IMG/VR virus record: IMGVR_UViG_3300037882_003529 | Coordinates: 4,462-68,461 of that record | Length of the DNA: 64,000 bases | Origin: a virus | Strand: one strand, 5' to 3' | Part shown: one piece after another, positions 34,120 through 44,181 of the stretch | Position numbering within the stretch: position 1 is the first letter of the stretch | Layout: each line of letters starts with the position of its first letter | Program-made: the position numbers and the translations under genes | The notes under the pieces: generated by a model | Told to the model about the DNA's origin: nothing | The model's database searches: none | What the model saw: only the letters and a program-made list of their open reading frames with translations

Positions 34120-34688
34120 TCTCTTTCCTTATGACCATCTGAATAAGAAATCGATTGCTTGTCCATAAAAGATTTTATTTCATCGAAGGAAAACGGTCGA
34201 TATTCTGCTTTGCCTGTTATCCAAGTAGAATCAACTCCTACATCAACACTTTTTCCGTGTGGCGGCAATGAAGAATGGCTATGACCGTAAAGCAACCAAG
34301 ATCCTCGATGCGATTTGTTCCACACTCGACAGCCGTAATGAAACAAGCATATAGTTTCATTTTGGTATTTGACTTCTTCGTAGGTACTAATCGATTTCAC
34401 CGAAGGAACATTCGACAAAATTCGTTTAGAGTATTTTTTGATCTCTTTGCAATGATTGCCTAATAACAAAATTTTAGTACCATTGAGTCGAGTAAGAATC
34501 TTCTCAATTTTGTCAACACGACAGAAAGCAAAATCGCCTAAAGAATAGCAAGTATCTGTAGGCTTTACGACAGCATTCCAATTTGCTATTAGAGTTTCGT
34601 TCATTTCATCAGCAGATGAAAACGGTCTATGAGAATATTTGATTACATTCGCATGGTCAAAATGAATGTCTGAAGTGAAGTGAATCAT
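34116..34688 (-). CDS. calcineurin-like metallophosphoesterase
   Basis: SDIHF, LGDF, GNH, FHY, GHSH motifs. Confidence 0.9.
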   Translation of the reverse strand: MIHFTSDIHFDHANVIKYSHRPFSSADEMNETLIANWNAVVKPTDTCYSLGDFAFCRVDKIEKILTRLNGTKILLLGNHCKEIKKYSKRILSNVPSVKSISTYEEVKYQNETICLFHYGCRVWNKSHRGSWLLYGHSHSSLPPHGKSVDVGVDSTWITGKAEYRPFSFDEIKSFMDKQSISYSDGHKERE

Positions 34689-34926
34689 TAGGATTCCTGG
34701 GTTATCGCTGGTTGAATGAGAAACAAAGATGATGTTTCATACATTATCACAAATAAAGTTCCTTGAAACCAATCAGGATAACCAGAATTGTTAAGCTGTC
34801 CATGCGTGTATAAATGGCTTAATCCATTCCCAAATCCATGGAATAACAACGTAAATAATTCCACCTCCTACAATAGACAAAAACGCAACCATTCCTACCC
34901 AATCATACCATTCCGTGTCAAACATC

Positions 34927-35337
34927 TTAAGGCTCCTTTGGAGGCGGATTTACAGGTTTATCTTTAGTCGATTCTTTTGGATAACGATAGACAGTTTTTG
35001 TCTTTGTTTTCCAAGTGTAGTCAGGAAGTGAAGGCGTCCACGACGGAGATTTAAAGTCTGATTTTCGAAACAAAATCAATGCCAATAAAGAAAAATATCC
35101 AATGATAATGAGAAAAAGAAGAATATCTTGCGATGATTTTTCTAAAGGAGGACACTGATATGAATAGTTAGATGGCGTACCAGAACCAGTGCTTCCTCCA
35201 CTTTCTGGATAAGACGCGCTTCCTCCATTCTCTACGGAAAATGCAGTTCCGCCACCGCTAGAAGGTGTTGCAACTCCAAAATTATGTCCACCTAAAGAGC
35301 TTGGATCAATTCGACCTTGATCTATATTATTATCCAT
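34927..35337 (-). CDS. hypothetical single-TM protein, Gly/Ser-rich N-terminus
   Basis: composition and TM helix. Confidence 0.55.
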   Translation of the reverse strand: MDNNIDQGRIDPSSLGGHNFGVATPSSGGGTAFSVENGGSASYPESGGSTGSGTPSNYSYQCPPLEKSSQDILLFLIIIGYFSLLALILFRKSDFKSPSWTPSLPDYTWKTKTKTVYRYPKESTKDKPVNPPPKEP

Positions 35338-35861
35338 TACGCTTTATCCAGTATAAATTGAGACCGTCTTTGCGCTGCTGTTTGTGGCGTTGGTTTGATT
35401 CTGTATTTCAATAGCGCTTCAGCTCCATCACAAGCTTTAATTTGACAACCCAAAGTGGTCAAATATGCAACTGCTTTACCAACTCCCCAAGCATGAACAG
35501 AAGTTTCGTCTTTAGTGACATCATCTTCTGTAATGATGGTTCTTATGTTAGTTTTAGACCAATCGATTGAGATTACTCTCTTTCGCCATCCGATAACAAT
35601 TGGTCCTGCGAGAGTGAAAACTAACCACCAAGAATTTTCAACACAAAGCTGAAAATATGTTCGAGGCCAATATTGGTTTGCCAATTCATAAATTTCAATT
35701 GGCTCAATTTGAGAAAGTTTTAATAAAGCGTCAAGAGTCTCGCGATCAATAGTATCATCGTTATTGTAATAAGCAGTTTCAAGGATTTCACGAACGCCGT
35801 CTGGAAGTGTCGAACCCTCTAAGACGGCGTAAACAGCTTTTCTTAAGGTACTATCATTCAT
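35337..35861 (-). CDS. conserved phage hypothetical protein
   Basis: GPIVIGWRKRVISIDW..EDVTK..HAWG motif. Confidence 0.65.
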   Translation of the reverse strand: MNDSTLRKAVYAVLEGSTLPDGVREILETAYYNNDDTIDRETLDALLKLSQIEPIEIYELANQYWPRTYFQLCVENSWWLVFTLAGPIVIGWRKRVISIDWSKTNIRTIITEDDVTKDETSVHAWGVGKAVAYLTTLGCQIKACDGAEALLKYRIKPTPQTAAQRRSQFILDKA

Positions 35862-36754
35862 ACCGCAACCTCGCCTTTGATGTGTGGATGTGGATCATAT
35901 TGTGTAAGCTTAATCACTGAATGATCATATTGTTCAATGTCTCTTTTTTGAGTGATTTCTAATTTAGGAAGAGTTAGTTTTGGATCTCTTCCTAATTGAG
36001 TCACAACTTGTAGAATATGATTTGAATAGATGTGAGCATCACCTAAAGAAATGATCAAATCACCAACCTGCAGATCACAAGTTTTTGCGACCAAATGAGT
36101 CAATAAAGCGTATGAAGCGATATTGAAAGGAACACCAAGAAAACAGTCTGCAGACCGTTGGTACATATGACAGGATAATCGACCATCTTCTACATAAAAT
36201 TGGTAGAGAATGTGACATGGCATTAATGCCATATACGGAAGATCAGCTACGTTCCATGCGCTTACGACAATTCTTCGACTTGTCGGATCAGTTTTGATTA
36301 ATCGAATCGCTTCTTGGAGCTGATTTGTTGATTTACCATTTCTGGTTTCCCATTTCATCCATTGATGACCATAGATTGGACCTAATGAACCATCCATTCT
36401 TGTCCATTCATCCCAAATAGTACAACCATGGTCATGAAGAAATTTTACGTCGGTATCACCTCTAATGAACCAAAGCAATTCAGTAATAACTGATTTAAAG
36501 GCAACCTTTTTTGTCGTAATTAAAGGAAATGACTCACTTAGATCAAATCGCAACTGGTGACCAAAAATTCCGATTGTGCCTACTCCAGTTCGATCCTGGC
36601 GAGGTTTACCTTCAGAAAGAATTTTCGCCAACAGATTTCCATAGACATAATCAGTTGCTGTAGGAAAAACTTTACAAACTTCTTTAAAATGAGCAGCAAA
36701 TTGTTGAATGCTCTCAACTAATGATTTATTTTCTGTAAACATGCAAGATCTCAC
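35858..36754 (-). CDS. thyA: thymidylate synthase
   Basis: DRTGVGT, FPLITTKK, SRR, ALMPCH, YQRSAD, GVPFNIASY (Asn = dUMP specificity), HIYSNH. Confidence 0.97.
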   Translation of the reverse strand: MRSCMFTENKSLVESIQQFAAHFKEVCKVFPTATDYVYGNLLAKILSEGKPRQDRTGVGTIGIFGHQLRFDLSESFPLITTKKVAFKSVITELLWFIRGDTDVKFLHDHGCTIWDEWTRMDGSLGPIYGHQWMKWETRNGKSTNQLQEAIRLIKTDPTSRRIVVSAWNVADLPYMALMPCHILYQFYVEDGRLSCHMYQRSADCFLGVPFNIASYALLTHLVAKTCDLQVGDLIISLGDAHIYSNHILQVVTQLGRDPKLTLPKLEITQKRDIEQYDHSVIKLTQYDPHPHIKGEVAV

Positions 36755-36963
36755 TTATAAAGATTTTTGTGGAATGATTTAAACCAGTTGTGTTCCAGAT
36801 ATTCATACCACTCTTTTCTAGTTAACATTTCTACAAGAGTGGTCACTATAGTCGCAGGAATTATAAAGACTAACAAGAATCCGACCAAAAAAGTGAATAG
36901 AAAATTATTAATAGAAGAAAAACTTGCTAAAAATCCTGCGTACATTCGATTCATAATGGTCAT
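36751..36963 (-). CDS. small membrane protein
   Basis: one TM. Confidence 0.5.
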   Translation of the reverse strand: MTIMNRMYAGFLASFSSINNFLFTFLVGFLLVFIIPATIVTTLVEMLTRKEWYEYLEHNWFKSFHKNLYK

Positions 36964-36984
36964 CCTTATCGGAATTACATTATA

Positions 36985-37686
36985 TCACTTTTGCATTTCC
37001 CAGTATTGTCTCACTCGAGCTCTTGCTTTCATTTTGATTCCTTCAGAAAAAGGAATCACCTCGCATCCCGAAGATTTTTCTGATCCGTAGATAACGCATA
37101 ATTGCTCTACACCTTCAACTTGATCGGACAGAGAATAAAGAGCACATTGAATGAAGGCAGAATCAAGATCTTCAATCGATTTCTGTCGACCGTAAGATTT
37201 GAAATCAATGAGTGTAGTTTTTCCTCTAAATTTTGCGAGGCAATCAAGAGTCCCAGCATACTTAAGTCTTTTAGAGAATACAGCAGATTCTAGCATTTGA
37301 ACTTCAGAAATCTCTTCAAGATATTTCCAAGTAGCTAAGAAAGAAAACCAAGCTGCTCCGACACATGGGTCAAATTTTTCGCCCATCAGATAAGAAGCAC
37401 AAAGAGTATGAAAATTTGTTCCACGTAATGAAGCTTGCAATCCGATTTTATCGGCTTCTTCTTTGCCTACACGATTAACCCAAGAATCAAGCCAATCTGA
37501 ATTTGAAGTGAGGCCTAAAACAGATGTTACAGACGGAAAATGTCCAGCTTCAGTTGCGTAAAATCTTCCTCGATCAGTTTCGACACGAGGAAGATTGAAA
37601 TTGCATATTGCGTTTAGAGCTAATCGAGATTCACATTGAATCTCTCTGGTTAATGGAGAATAACTAAGACGATTTCGACAGATCAC
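36985..37686 (-). CDS. PD-(D/E)XK exonuclease (lambda-exo/Cas4-like)
   Basis: PSVTSVL, RGTNFH, YAGTLDC, IDFKS, QCALY. Confidence 0.85.
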   Translation of the reverse strand: MICRNRLSYSPLTREIQCESRLALNAICNFNLPRVETDRGRFYATEAGHFPSVTSVLGLTSNSDWLDSWVNRVGKEEADKIGLQASLRGTNFHTLCASYLMGEKFDPCVGAAWFSFLATWKYLEEISEVQMLESAVFSKRLKYAGTLDCLAKFRGKTTLIDFKSYGRQKSIEDLDSAFIQCALYSLSDQVEGVEQLCVIYGSEKSSGCEVIPFSEGIKMKARARVRQYWEMQK

Positions 37687-37910
37687 AAATTGTTTCTATT
37701 GTCTTCAGATTGAATTTCATATTCCATCTCCTCAATAACAATATTCTCTAATGTCCAAGCATCTTCACGCTCAAAATTAGCTCTTACTTCGTCACGATTC
37801 TTACCACCAAAAGAGCTTAAAGATTTACCAAGACGATCTAAACGATCGAATGCTCTCATTGCTCGATCTACCAGTTCAGGACTTGGTTTATTTTCTGGTT
37901 CTCTTGACAT
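37683..37910 (-). CDS. hypothetical protein
   Basis: 75-aa ORF. Confidence 0.55.
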   Translation of the reverse strand: MSREPENKPSPELVDRAMRAFDRLDRLGKSLSSFGGKNRDEVRANFEREDAWTLENIVIEEMEYEIQSEDNRNNL

Positions 37911-37919
37911 ATGAATATC

Positions 37920-38132
37920 CTAAGGCGGTTTCGGTAAATCACGTAAAATTTTCCAAACCTCTGGTCCAATTAATATTGAAGATTTTTGGATTTGAAGTAA
38001 TTGATCTAATTTTTCTTCGATTCTGTCCAGTTGAACCTTCGAAGGTTCAACTGGACATTCTTCTTTGGTAGAATTAAAGAATTTCATTAGCAGTTCTGGT
38101 GGAGCTGAAGAGTGATGAGAAAATTTAGACAA
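37920..38132 (-). CDS. hypothetical protein
   Basis: 70-aa ORF. Confidence 0.5.
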   Translation of the reverse strand: MSKFSHHSSAPPELLMKFFNSTKEECPVEPSKVQLDRIEEKLDQLLQIQKSSILIGPEVWKILRDLPKPP

Positions 38133-38622
38133 ATTCTTTATCGATCACCGATTTAACATCAGCTCGCTTCCAGCCTGGTGGCTTAACGACATCTAAAGTT
38201 GACCCTCTTTTGCTTTGATCAGAAGATGTAGCTCTAACTTTTGACATATTTGCTCGTTGGACTTCATCCCAAACTTTACCAATTGGAATGCCCATTTGAT
38301 ATGCTGTTCCAAATGCAATATAAAGAACATCGCATAATTCGTGTGCAGCCTTTACGATATCGCCTTGATCCACAGCTTCATTGAATTCATCAACTTCTTC
38401 TTGAAGAAATTTCTTTCGAAATTCTGCCAATTCTGGACTCAGAAATCCTGGCTTTTCATTACCAATAAGTCCAAATTTTTCATGGAATGCTTTAATATCA
38501 GCTTGATAATCAGGATTTAATTCAGCAGCTTCAACAACAGCGTCAATAAGTTCTTTAAAATAATCAGGATCAATTGATGGATGTCTTAAATTATTAAACA
38601 TTAATTCAGATAGTTTGCTCAT
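38125..38622 (-). CDS. MazG-like NTP pyrophosphohydrolase (PRA-PH type)
   Basis: FHEKFG, EEVDE, ELCDVLY, EVQRANMSK, KPPGW; probable start MSKLSE. Confidence 0.85.
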   Translation of the reverse strand: MSKLSELMFNNLRHPSIDPDYFKELIDAVVEAAELNPDYQADIKAFHEKFGLIGNEKPGFLSPELAEFRKKFLQEEVDEFNEAVDQGDIVKAAHELCDVLYIAFGTAYQMGIPIGKVWDEVQRANMSKVRATSSDQSKRGSTLDVVKPPGWKRADVKSVIDKEFV

Positions 38623-38676
38623 ATGATAAGTTTTGTTGATAGAAACAATTACTATATCATTATTAAACAACCAATC

Positions 38677-38751
38677 TGGTAGGCCTGCTAGGAATCGAAC
38701 CTAGACCGATGGATTATGAGTCCACTGCTCTTACCAATGAGCTACAGGCCC
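38677..38751 (-). tRNA. tRNA-Ile2(CAU) (lysidine type) or Met
   Basis: GTGGA-CTCATAA-TCCAT, C4/C5 acceptor pairs, ACCA. Confidence 0.85.
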
Positions 38752-39141
38752 TAAAAGAATTGATTGATAATACACAATAGTTAATCCGATTGGAATCTTT
38801 TTAGCTTGATTAATCATATCAGCAGTTCCTCTAGATTTACCATCCCAAAACACAATGCAATGATCAGCTACCTTTGCCATTTCGCGATTTCTGATAAATC
38901 CAGCTGATTTTCCGTATTTATTCCAATCGGCAGGCATCAAAAGTAATTTATGGCCATTTTCTCCAGCATATGTTTCTCCAAGCGAATCAGCTCCAGGAGC
39001 GGTACCAGAAATAATGGTCAAATCATCATCAAAAGGTAATTCTCTTTTTAATAAATCAACTTCATGCTTCAGGACAGTGTAATCAAAGAAATCTCTCGAA
39101 CCAGCGATAATCAATTTCTTTAATTTCTTCTGCCCTTGCAT
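38731..39141 (-). CDS. SLOG/YspA-like (DUF2493) protein
   Basis: IIAGSRDF, ISGTAPGADSLGE, ADWNKYGKSAGFIRN, FWDGKSRGT. Confidence 0.9.
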   Translation of the reverse strand: MQGQKKLKKLIIAGSRDFFDYTVLKHEVDLLKRELPFDDDLTIISGTAPGADSLGETYAGENGHKLLLMPADWNKYGKSAGFIRNREMAKVADHCIVFWDGKSRGTADMINQAKKIPIGLTIVYYQSILLGPVAHW

Positions 39142-39144
39142 TGA

Positions 39145-40101
39145 TTAACCTTTGAAATTTAGAGAAATGACTTTGAATGACCAACTTTGATCTTTAGCCC
39201 TAAACACAACACCTTCAGCTTGTTTTCCATTTTTATATCTTACATTGTCTGCGATATCTCTCAAATCATCAACAGATTCTGGTTTTGGAACATAAACAAA
39301 ATCAACAAGCGGAAGAGAAGTTTCTTCAGAGAAACGAAGCAATTCACTCAAAGGTTGTTTTTCCCAAACATTTCTGCGACCTTCAGCTTTCTTTAGAAGA
39401 GTAAAAATTTTGATCGATTTTTCACGTAATCCAGATTGATTATCATGGATTCCAGGACCAATGATTTCATATTGAATACCAAATCCATCAGGAATCAACT
39501 TCTCTAAATTAAACTTTTTAGCCAATTGAGTATAAAAATTATCAGCATCTGGCTTTACGGTTAATGTTCGAGAACAAATAGTCAGCTTTCCGTCTTCTTT
39601 GAACGCAGTAGAAGAAGTTCCATCTTCTTTCACTGTGACATAATATGGTTCTTCTAATTTCTCGACCCATCTTGGAAACATTTGATAGTTGAGTTCAGAA
39701 GTTTTCGAAATGAAATGAGGAAATCCTGCGATGAAATCATCGGTATTTTCGATCGATTTCTCGTATTTTGCTACTCGATAAAATCCAGTAAGATCTTCAC
39801 CGATAAACTTTAATGACTCCTCAATAGATTCCAAAGGAATAATCAAGCATTCAGAAGGAGACCCTTTAAATCGACAGAGTTTAATCCGATAAGAGTGCTT
39901 TTCCATGAAAGCAAAACGCTGAATTGCAGGCAAAATCGCATCTGGAAGAAAAACGGCAACATCATCAAGAAGATTAATCGTTTTTTGAATAACTCCGGTC
40001 CAAATTCCTGCTTCGCCACAATCAACTGTCGCTTCTTGAATAAAATCAGCGCCTATGATCGATCTAATCGAAACAACCTTTCCTTTTGTAGCTAAAATCA
40101 T
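39145..40101 (-). CDS. RNA ligase (DRB0094/Rnl2-like)
   Basis: N-terminal OB-like domain, motif I KEDGTS, QYEIIGPGI, EGVVF, SFKVIS. Confidence 0.85.
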   Translation of the reverse strand: MILATKGKVVSIRSIIGADFIQEATVDCGEAGIWTGVIQKTINLLDDVAVFLPDAILPAIQRFAFMEKHSYRIKLCRFKGSPSECLIIPLESIEESLKFIGEDLTGFYRVAKYEKSIENTDDFIAGFPHFISKTSELNYQMFPRWVEKLEEPYYVTVKEDGTSSTAFKEDGKLTICSRTLTVKPDADNFYTQLAKKFNLEKLIPDGFGIQYEIIGPGIHDNQSGLREKSIKIFTLLKKAEGRRNVWEKQPLSELLRFSEETSLPLVDFVYVPKPESVDDLRDIADNVRYKNGKQAEGVVFRAKDQSWSFKVISLNFKG

Positions 40102-40316
40102 TTTTGGATCTCTGGTTTAATGCATGTAAAGCGGTTTAAGGTATATTCAACCCATTGGCTGCCAGATTGAACACATTTAATGGCAGCTTGTTCAGCTGAT
40201 TTTTCATTATCTTCTACTGCGTTTAGGAGCATAAGAAACATCAATAGAACACAGAAAGTTAAAACAAGAAAAAGTACTATTTTGACAATCGGAAAATTTC
40301 CCACATTATACTCCAT
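40098..40316 (-). CDS. small membrane protein
   Basis: TM plus two Cys. Confidence 0.55.
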   Translation of the reverse strand: MEYNVGNFPIVKIVLFLVLTFCVLLMFLMLLNAVEDNEKSAEQAAIKCVQSGSQWVEYTLNRFTCIKPEIQK

Positions 40317-40399
40317 GGTCGTCGTTTAGGAATCGAACCTAATCTTTAAGAGAAAAATTACCCAACCCATTCTCAAATATGCCCATACATCAAACGACG
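40316..40399 (-). ncRNA. non-canonical tRNA-like element
   Basis: CGTCGTT/AACGACG-A-CCA, TAGG-TTCGATT-CCTA, tiny D-arm ATG/CAT, extended GAGAA/TTCTC arm. Confidence 0.55.
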
Positions 40400-40483
40400 A
40401 ATACAAGAAACAACCAAATTATTAGGAGAAATATGCCAATCAAAATTGCTGGCATAAAAACCCTAATCAAAGCGTAAAATAAA

Positions 40484-41833
40484 TTAAAGATCAACTCGCA
40501 ATTCAACAAATACTGGAAGATAGAGAGAACGTTTTGTGCCAGAAGAAATGACACAGTTATACTGAACGGTAATGATCTTTCCAATCAATTCACTTTGTCG
40601 CTTCCAATAATCTTCACGTTGAGCATCAGAAAAACCAGATCCTACTTCAAATTCGATGTCTCTCTGGTCTGCAACTCGACATTTAAATCCACCAAGCATT
40701 CCAACATATTTTCCATTGCCTTCGTAGCTCGAAATAATTTCAGCTTCGGTGTTAACTTCGGCTTTCAGTTTAAGACAATAATTTTGGCGACCATTTCTCC
40801 AAGCACCATTCAAAGATTTAAGAACAGCTCCTTCCATATTTTCTGCTAATCGGTCTTGAAAATATGTTTTGGCTGAATCAGTGCTGTAGACCAATTCAGT
40901 TTTGATTAAACGAATTTTCTCAAGCCACTTTAGTGATTGAAACGCAACTCGCAAACTAGCCAATCGATTATCATAAACGATTGGAGAATAACCTTTCCAG
41001 AAATCATCCAAAGAAATAACATCCCAACAGGTAAATCGAACTCGATTAATTTCAAATATGTCTGCCGTTCCCCGAATTAATCGAGTTAAAATTCCATTTC
41101 CAACTTTTCTTTCTTCGTCAGTTCCATCTTCTTTTGCGACAGTTAATTCACCATCTAGTGCAACTGATCCACCAGCAAAATGCTTTGCAATATTAGAACA
41201 TTCAGTTGATAATTCAGTAGGACAATCAAATGAATTTCCGTTTCGAAGAAAAAGATCAACAGCACCGGTTTTGGAATTGATCGTAATAGTACATCGCATT
41301 CCATCCATTTTTGGCTGAATCAATGCAGGAAACGAGAAGTTTTGAAGAGCCTTTTCATCGAAGGCTGCACACAACTGAACCGGAAATACTGGAATCAAGT
41401 TTGGAGAAACTTTATTGATTGTGCTAACCGAAACTCCACAGTCTAAATCTCGATTAATGACCAACTCAACAAAACGAGCAGTCATTTCATCGCTACTTTC
41501 CAGCAAATTCTTCAAATATTGAATTGCTGCATTTCCAGTGACTTCACGTTGATATAAAGGCCGCAAAAGATCAATAACTTTATGAGGACTATATGCACTT
41601 GCACGAATTGGAGTATACTCAGGAATCTTACGAATAAAAAACTTAATTCGAGGGTTGTAGCACAGATTAACGCCGGCATAAAATGCGTCATTTTCAAGTG
41701 CTCGACGCATCACATCAGTTTTATCATTTCGCCCATCAAATGATCGTAGCTCTTTAACAATTTCTAAAGGATTACGTTTTTTATAAGAAAGGTGAGCAAT
41801 TTTGGAAAGATCAATGTTGTCTTCGATTGGCAT
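40484..41833 (-). CDS. 30: ATP-dependent DNA ligase (T4 gp30-like)
   Basis: KMDGMR, LDGEL, EGAVLK, KLK, VGSGFSD, SLYLPVF. Confidence 0.95.
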   Translation of the reverse strand: MPIEDNIDLSKIAHLSYKKRNPLEIVKELRSFDGRNDKTDVMRRALENDAFYAGVNLCYNPRIKFFIRKIPEYTPIRASAYSPHKVIDLLRPLYQREVTGNAAIQYLKNLLESSDEMTARFVELVINRDLDCGVSVSTINKVSPNLIPVFPVQLCAAFDEKALQNFSFPALIQPKMDGMRCTITINSKTGAVDLFLRNGNSFDCPTELSTECSNIAKHFAGGSVALDGELTVAKEDGTDEERKVGNGILTRLIRGTADIFEINRVRFTCWDVISLDDFWKGYSPIVYDNRLASLRVAFQSLKWLEKIRLIKTELVYSTDSAKTYFQDRLAENMEGAVLKSLNGAWRNGRQNYCLKLKAEVNTEAEIISSYEGNGKYVGMLGGFKCRVADQRDIEFEVGSGFSDAQREDYWKRQSELIGKIITVQYNCVISSGTKRSLYLPVFVELRVDL

Positions 41834-41841
41834 ATGAATCC

Positions 41842-42807
41842 TTAGAATAAGTGAGCTCGTCCAAGAAGATGTTTTAATCCTTTGGACATCAGGTACGAAA
41901 CAAATTTATTAGATGCCATTGTATCACTTCTAGTCAATTTGTTATTCAGTTCAGAAATAATAGCAGATTCAACAATTTCAGGAATTTCTGCTAAGTCAAT
42001 CATTTTTAGATTTCGTTTGTATCTGGACAAAGTCTTTTCATCCATGACCGATGACAAAGAGGTTCGAGAATTCCACCAAGTGTTAATCATTTTAGAAGAA
42101 ATTGCTTTTTGACGAATCTTTACTGGCCAAAAAGTTTCATTCGGAGACAGAATGTTTGGGACTCCATCGCCTCCATCTCCTCTACAGATCTTTTCAAAAA
42201 GATCTCTTTCCTTTTCGATTTGAGGAGGAACTTGATAGAATCCTCCTTTCGGAGGAATAGAAGGAGAAAATAGTTGGATGCTTCGCTGAGGCGTAAAAGT
42301 AGTGAGTTGTTGAAAATCTCTGTCAGCAGAAACAATGATCGCCTTTTTACTTTCTTTGACGACAATAGCAATCACGTCATCAGCTTCTGCTCCAGCAACA
42401 CAAATACACGGATACGGAAGATTCTCAATCAATTCATCACGAATTTTAGAGAACGCTTCCATAACCTGTTTTCCTTGAGCTGCCACCATTTCAGCTTCTT
42501 CAGGATTATCAATTTTTTCGAGTTTAAGAGAGATGTCACGATTTTTCTTGTATTCTTTAAATTCTTTTCGACGCCAAAGTTCAGGACCGTCAAAAGCACA
42601 AACAAGATATGGATAATCTTCTCGTGCAAATTTAGTTCGATATTTTAGAACCTGAGATACTGCCAAATGGCGAAACATTTCTTCGCTCGTATCGTCTCGG
42701 TTAGCATCAGCATATAGAGCTCGAAATATCAGATTTGACATGTCAAGGACAATGGTTCCCGCTGGAGCAGGTCCAATTTGTCCATCGCAAAAATTAAGAA
42801 GGCTCAT
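41842..42807 (-). CDS. rnh: RNase H / 5'-3' exonuclease (T4 rnh-like)
   Basis: WRRKEFKEYKKNR, EADDVIA, SADRDFQQL, GDGGDGVPN. Confidence 0.9.
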   Translation of the reverse strand: MSLLNFCDGQIGPAPAGTIVLDMSNLIFRALYADANRDDTSEEMFRHLAVSQVLKYRTKFAREDYPYLVCAFDGPELWRRKEFKEYKKNRDISLKLEKIDNPEEAEMVAAQGKQVMEAFSKIRDELIENLPYPCICVAGAEADDVIAIVVKESKKAIIVSADRDFQQLTTFTPQRSIQLFSPSIPPKGGFYQVPPQIEKERDLFEKICRGDGGDGVPNILSPNETFWPVKIRQKAISSKMINTWWNSRTSLSSVMDEKTLSRYKRNLKMIDLAEIPEIVESAIISELNNKLTRSDTMASNKFVSYLMSKGLKHLLGRAHLF

Positions 42808-43421
42808 TTATAGTATTTGTGGTGTTGGATGACGATTGTTTGATTATACACAGAAGCCCAACTCGGATTCACGCGAACATTATGAAAAAACACTGCGCCA
42901 TTCGTTAGATCTGGAACTTTAATTTGTCCTGAAGAAAATTCTTTTGCAATTTTTTGAATTTTCGACATTGCAATCTGGTCTGCTTTATTTCGAATTACGG
43001 GCTGATCAGATTTTCCGTCGCAATACCACGAAAACTCACAGTATTTTTCTTTCGTTTCTTTTACCACACCACAAATGGTAGTTGGGAATCTACCATCGGT
43101 CATTCTATTTTTTACTACCCAAGCCACTGCGTACATTTCTTTTAGTTGAGTTCCTCGAGCCTCAAACCAAAGATTTTGAACCATACATTCATACTCTTTA
43201 GCTTCTGCTTCTTTTCTAAGATTTTTTTCTCGTAAAATTTCTTCAGTTCGATCGATCACTTCTTCCTTGTTAGTTGGGTCTACAGATGCTTGAATTGGCT
43301 CGAAAGAAGTTGAAAAAAGAACCGTCATTTCTAGAGTGAATACACAACCTGCCAGAAAATAGAAAATTTTGGTTAACCCAGATGTCATAGGAGACACTCC
43401 ATGTTGTTGTTGATATAACAT
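42804..43421 (-). CDS. SleB/Hydrolase_2 cell-wall hydrolase
   Basis: NLWFEARG, VVKNR, FPTTICGVV, CEFSWYCDGK, GAVFFH. Confidence 0.9.
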   Translation of the reverse strand: MLYQQQHGVSPMTSGLTKIFYFLAGCVFTLEMTVLFSTSFEPIQASVDPTNKEEVIDRTEEILREKNLRKEAEAKEYECMVQNLWFEARGTQLKEMYAVAWVVKNRMTDGRFPTTICGVVKETKEKYCEFSWYCDGKSDQPVIRNKADQIAMSKIQKIAKEFSSGQIKVPDLTNGAVFFHNVRVNPSWASVYNQTIVIQHHKYYK

Positions 43422-43470
43422 ATATCTCTGGAGTTCTGATTTAACCTAAGTCAAGCCAGAACACCAGAAA

Positions 43471-43698
43471 TTATGCCCAGCGCCAACCAATCTTCAGCAT
43501 GTTATCAGGAATGCTACCATGCTGAAGTGAATCAATGTTTTTAAAAATGATTTTGGCTACTCTTGAAGTTGATAGCATTAATTTACCATCTTTAGTTCGA
43601 GTAATGGTGTCCAACATTCCATGTTCATCCCACTTTAATGAATAAACGTCTTCATTTTTATGTTTGATGGTTTTTGTCATAGTTCGCTCAGAGTTCAA
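43471..43698 (-). CDS. hypothetical protein
   Basis: ORF in early-type cassette. Confidence 0.55.
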   Translation of the reverse strand: MNSERTMTKTIKHKNEDVYSLKWDEHGMLDTITRTKDGKLMLSTSRVAKIIFKNIDSLQHGSIPDNMLKIGWRWA

Positions 43699-43930
43699 CT
43701 GCGAAAAATCGATGCGTACGAAGATCGATTGATGATGAAATCGGTGTGGTTATACGACGACGAATGATTCGTTCGTTTAAATCTGCTGCTAAGTCTTCAG
43801 CTATATCTGGATTGCTGTATTGACTTGCAGCTAATTTTTCAGTAAGACAAAGAGATCGATCTCTCTGAACTGAAATGTATGCAACTGGTAATCCATGTGA
43901 ATTTTTAAGTTCAACAGCATATTCGCCCAT
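43688..43930 (-). CDS. hypothetical protein
   Basis: AGGAG RBS. Confidence 0.6.
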   Translation of the reverse strand: MGEYAVELKNSHGLPVAYISVQRDRSLCLTEKLAASQYSNPDIAEDLAADLNERIIRRRITTPISSSIDLRTHRFFAVEL

Positions 43931-43942
43931 GATGCTTACTCC

Positions 43943-44167
43943 TTAATTAACTTCTGGATAAACAGAATCGATTTCATCTTGATCCCAGCCACCCCAGTCA
44001 AGCATCCAAGCTTTGAGTTTGGCTTTGTGTGCAGGATCAGTGATGTCGACAACAATTTCATCATCAAGATCTGGATTTTCTTTAACATCCAAACCTTCAG
44101 ATCGTAGATGAGCGATACAAATTTCAGTCTCTATAACTTGAATACTAACAAATGTTGCGGTGTTCAT
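43943..44167 (-). CDS. hypothetical acidic protein (early)
   Basis: AGGAG RBS, first gene after promoter. Confidence 0.65.
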   Translation of the reverse strand: MNTATFVSIQVIETEICIAHLRSEGLDVKENPDLDDEIVVDITDPAHKAKLKAWMLDWGGWDQDEIDSVYPEVN

Positions 44168-44181
44168 ACTATTCTCCTTCG

